Source: a virus
Lineage: Duplodnaviria > Caudoviricetes
Reading direction: 5' to 3' (one strand)
Virus record (IMG/VR): IMGVR_UViG_3300012359_000045
Location: 1-27,595 of that record
DNA: 27,595 nucleotides
Shown: positions 25,326-27,595 of the stretch, one piece after another
How the letters are laid out: the number at the start of each line of letters is the position of its first letter
How positions within the stretch are numbered: position 1 is the first letter of the stretch
Position numbers and translations under genes: made by a program
Notes under the pieces: generated by a model
The model's input: only the letters and a program-made list of their open reading frames with translations
Database searches by the model: none
What the model was told of the DNA's origin: nothing

Positions 25326-26551
25326 CGACCGGCTCTATTTTCGGTGTCGACTATTCTTTTTCGGCACCCGATCCCGCGCAGCTGAAGGCTGCCGGAGTCC
25401 GCTATGCCGTGCGCTATCTCTCGGAAATACCAGTCACCTCTGGCGGTAAGGGCCTGTCAGTGGCTGAGCGTGATGCCCTGCGAGCGCACGGGCTTTACAT
25501 CGCGGTAGTGTATGAGACCACCGCAGGGCGGATGCTGCTCGGCCGTCAGGCCGGTATCGATCAGGCAATCCGGGCGGAAGTCTTGCTCGGCAGGGTCGGC
25601 ATGACTGATGTCCCGGTATATTTTGCCTGCGACACGGACCCGAACGGGTTCACCGCATCGCAATGGTCGGCAGTGATGGCTTTCCTCGATGGTGCCGCCG
25701 ATGTCATAGGGAAGCCGCGGGTCGGCGGGTACGGCGGGTACCAGTTCATCAGGCACGCCTTCGATGCGGGCAAGATCTCTTTCGGATGGCAGACCTACGC
25801 CTGGAGCACAATCGGCGGAGTCCCCCGATGGGACAGCCGTGCGCAGCTCCAGCAATACAAGAACGGCGTGGGACTCGCAGGCGGGGACGTTGACTTGAAC
25901 CGGGCGGTCAATCCCGATTTCGGCCAGTGGCCGCGGCCTGTCACGGGTACGCAACGAGCAGGCAATATCGGCCCTGCCGTGGCCAGGATCCAGACCAGGC
26001 TGAATGTTCACGGAGCAATACCCGAACTTGCAGTCGACGGTGATTTCGGCCCCGCGACACTCACTGCCGTGAAGGCATTCCAGGTTGCGCATGCCATCCC
26101 GGCCAGCGGCGAGGTCGGGGTGCATACGATGGCGGCGCTCATGCTGCCCCCGGGCGTGCCGAGTACGGTTAAAGTACCTGATCTTACCGGAAAGTCGGCG
26201 GGAAACGCCCACAACGCGCTCCTGTCGGCCGGGCTGATTCCGGCCGCGAGGACTGGCCAGGCTGCCAGCGAGATCTGCACGGGTCTCAGGCCGGTACCCG
26301 GCACAGTCGTAACCCGAGGCGCGTCCGTCGAGATCGTGGCGGCCACGGCCGTCACAGTCCGCCGGGGCACACAGGGAGCCTGGGTGATCCTCGCCCAGAA
26401 GGGCCTGAACAGGTCGGGTGCCGGCGTCAAGGTCGACGGGGATTTCGGGCCGGGAACCGAAGCGGCGGTGAAAACTTTCCAGGCTACGCACGGCCTTAGA
26501 ATAGACGGGATTATCGGCGCGGCCACCTGGGGCAAGCTAGGCGGCCTCTGA
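25322..26551 (+). CDS. Endolysin: GH25-like/DUF1906 domain + PG-binding + PASTA + PG-binding
   Basis: GVDYS...AVRYLS...VVYET...VYFACD...GGYGG...WQTYAWS...DVDLN. Two VDGDFGP.T..AVK.FQ modules. VKVPDLTGKS PASTA-like segment. Confidence 0.9.
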   Translation: MTTGSIFGVDYSFSAPDPAQLKAAGVRYAVRYLSEIPVTSGGKGLSVAERDALRAHGLYIAVVYETTAGRMLLGRQAGIDQAIRAEVLLGRVGMTDVPVYFACDTDPNGFTASQWSAVMAFLDGAADVIGKPRVGGYGGYQFIRHAFDAGKISFGWQTYAWSTIGGVPRWDSRAQLQQYKNGVGLAGGDVDLNRAVNPDFGQWPRPVTGTQRAGNIGPAVARIQTRLNVHGAIPELAVDGDFGPATLTAVKAFQVAHAIPASGEVGVHTMAALMLPPGVPSTVKVPDLTGKSAGNAHNALLSAGLIPAARTGQAASEICTGLRPVPGTVVTRGASVEIVAATAVTVRRGTQGAWVILAQKGLNRSGAGVKVDGDFGPGTEAAVKTFQATHGLRIDGIIGAATWGKLGGL

Positions 26552-26569
26552 CCTGATTTAAGGCATGGA

Positions 26570-26603
26570 AAAGCCCCGCTGGGAGTAGTCCCAGCGGGGC
26601 TTT
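26570..26603. terminator. Bidirectional intrinsic terminator
   Basis: AAAGCCCCGCTGGGA-GTAG-TCCCAGCGGGGCTTT is a perfect 15-bp stem between convergent genes. Confidence 0.9.
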
Positions 26604-26643
26604 GTCAACATCCGGCGAACTGGCCGCCGCAGGACTCTTTTGC

Positions 26644-27474
26644 TCAGTACTCTTCGGCTTCTTCCCGGGTGAGGAAGAAGTGTATCCCGCCGCTGCACTC
26701 CCGGGTCCAGTCCGGGTCGAACCATCCCGGGGTGACCCGCTCGCCGGCCCGGTAGGTGAAGCCATCTTCGAATTTGCTCACGCCCTCGGCCGCGCCGGTT
26801 ACCTCCAGCACGTCCGCGTACTCAGCCCGGCACTTCCGGGTGGTGGCGTTAGACCTCCTGGCGCCGGCCGGGATGAGAAGCTTCACGATCACTCCGTCCC
26901 GGCACGCCTTCCAGCCGGTGACATCCCCGGCCGGGACGATACTGAGCTGATCCCGCAGGCCTTCCGGCAGGATCGCGCTGCGCAGGTACGCGCCGGACAG
27001 GTCCGCGGCGGCCAGGTCCGCGCCGGCCAGGTTCGCGCGGTGCAGGTTCGCGCCGAACAGGATCGCGCCGGACAGGTCCGCGTGGTGCAGGTCCGCGTGG
27101 TGCAGGCCCGCGCCGGACAGGTCCGCATCGGACAGGTTCGCGCCGGACAGGTCCGCGCCGGACAGGATCGCCTGGACCAGGATCGCGCTGCGCAGGTACG
27201 CGCCGGACAGGTCCGCGCCGGCCAGGTTCGCGTGGGACAGGTTCGCGCCGGCCAGGTTCGCGGCGGCCAGGTTCACGTGGGACAGGTTCGCGCGGTGCAG
27301 GTCCGCGCCGGACAGGTCCGCGCTGCGCAGGTTTGCGCCGGACAGGTCCGCGCCGGACAGGTCCGCGCCGGACAGGTCCGCGCTGCGCAGGTTTGCGGCG
27401 GCCAGGTTCGCGGCGGCCAGGTTTGCGCCGGGATGTATGTCCAGGGGAGTGCCGTTGATAATGATGAATGACAT
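26644..27474 (-). CDS. Pentapeptide-repeat protein with C-terminal DUF5758-like domain
   Basis: ATG at 27474 after GCAGGAG. Many A(D/N)LxG repeats. GWKAC...VKLLIPAGARRSNATTRKCRAE...ECSGGIHFFLTREEA. Confidence 0.88.
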   Translation of the reverse strand: MSFIIINGTPLDIHPGANLAAANLAAANLRSADLSGADLSGADLSGANLRSADLSGADLHRANLSHVNLAAANLAGANLSHANLAGADLSGAYLRSAILVQAILSGADLSGANLSDADLSGAGLHHADLHHADLSGAILFGANLHRANLAGADLAAADLSGAYLRSAILPEGLRDQLSIVPAGDVTGWKACRDGVIVKLLIPAGARRSNATTRKCRAEYADVLEVTGAAEGVSKFEDGFTYRAGERVTPGWFDPDWTRECSGGIHFFLTREEAEEY

Positions 27475-27595
27475 GATTTCTCCTGCTTGCTCGTGGTGGT
27501 TTAGGTCGCGGCCGGGCCGGAATCGGACAGGCCCGCTGTCAGGAGCCCGTAGGTAGAGTTCAGAGCTGTGCATCGATGATATCGGCGATCTCGCC

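Noticed and set aside
1678-26535. Numerous long minus-strand ORFs (for example 1678-2622, 5212-6183, 14376-15347, 25457-26491)
   Set aside because: They are GC-rich antisense shadows of well-supported + strand genes and show no recognisable motifs.
26602-27471. 289-aa + strand ORF with QVRAG repeats
   Set aside because: It is the antisense shadow of the pentapeptide repeats and starts inside the terminator.

Overview
The window holds the complete packaging, head, tail and lysis arm of a GC-rich siphovirus-type phage or prophage, probably of a non-mycolate actinobacterium (inferred from the gene families, and no LysB is seen). Almost all genes are on the + strand. In order: a putative TerS-like gene, a repeat-rich non-coding stretch, a small Zn-binding ORF, an EndoVII nuclease, a 41-aa membrane protein and a secreted SapM-like phosphoesterase fusion. 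Then come TerL, HK97 portal, protease and capsid, a 5.6-kb cassette of unusual putative virion proteins containing an HNH gene, the connector, tail tube, a G/GT chaperone with a -1 frameshift, a tape measure with an SLT domain, a tail hub with an inserted beta-propeller, holin and endolysin. A bidirectional terminator and a convergent pentapeptide-repeat gene close the window. The most striking observation: a manual scan found only four in-frame TTA codons in the called genes, all at gene ends. Two form TTATG junctions that would remove anomalous long overlaps if UUA acted as a stop or stall codon. Also notable are a capsid leader of three hairpins with a shared 8-nt loop and a dispersed TGACCTG motif family. 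All calls come from motif recognition by eye; no searches were run.
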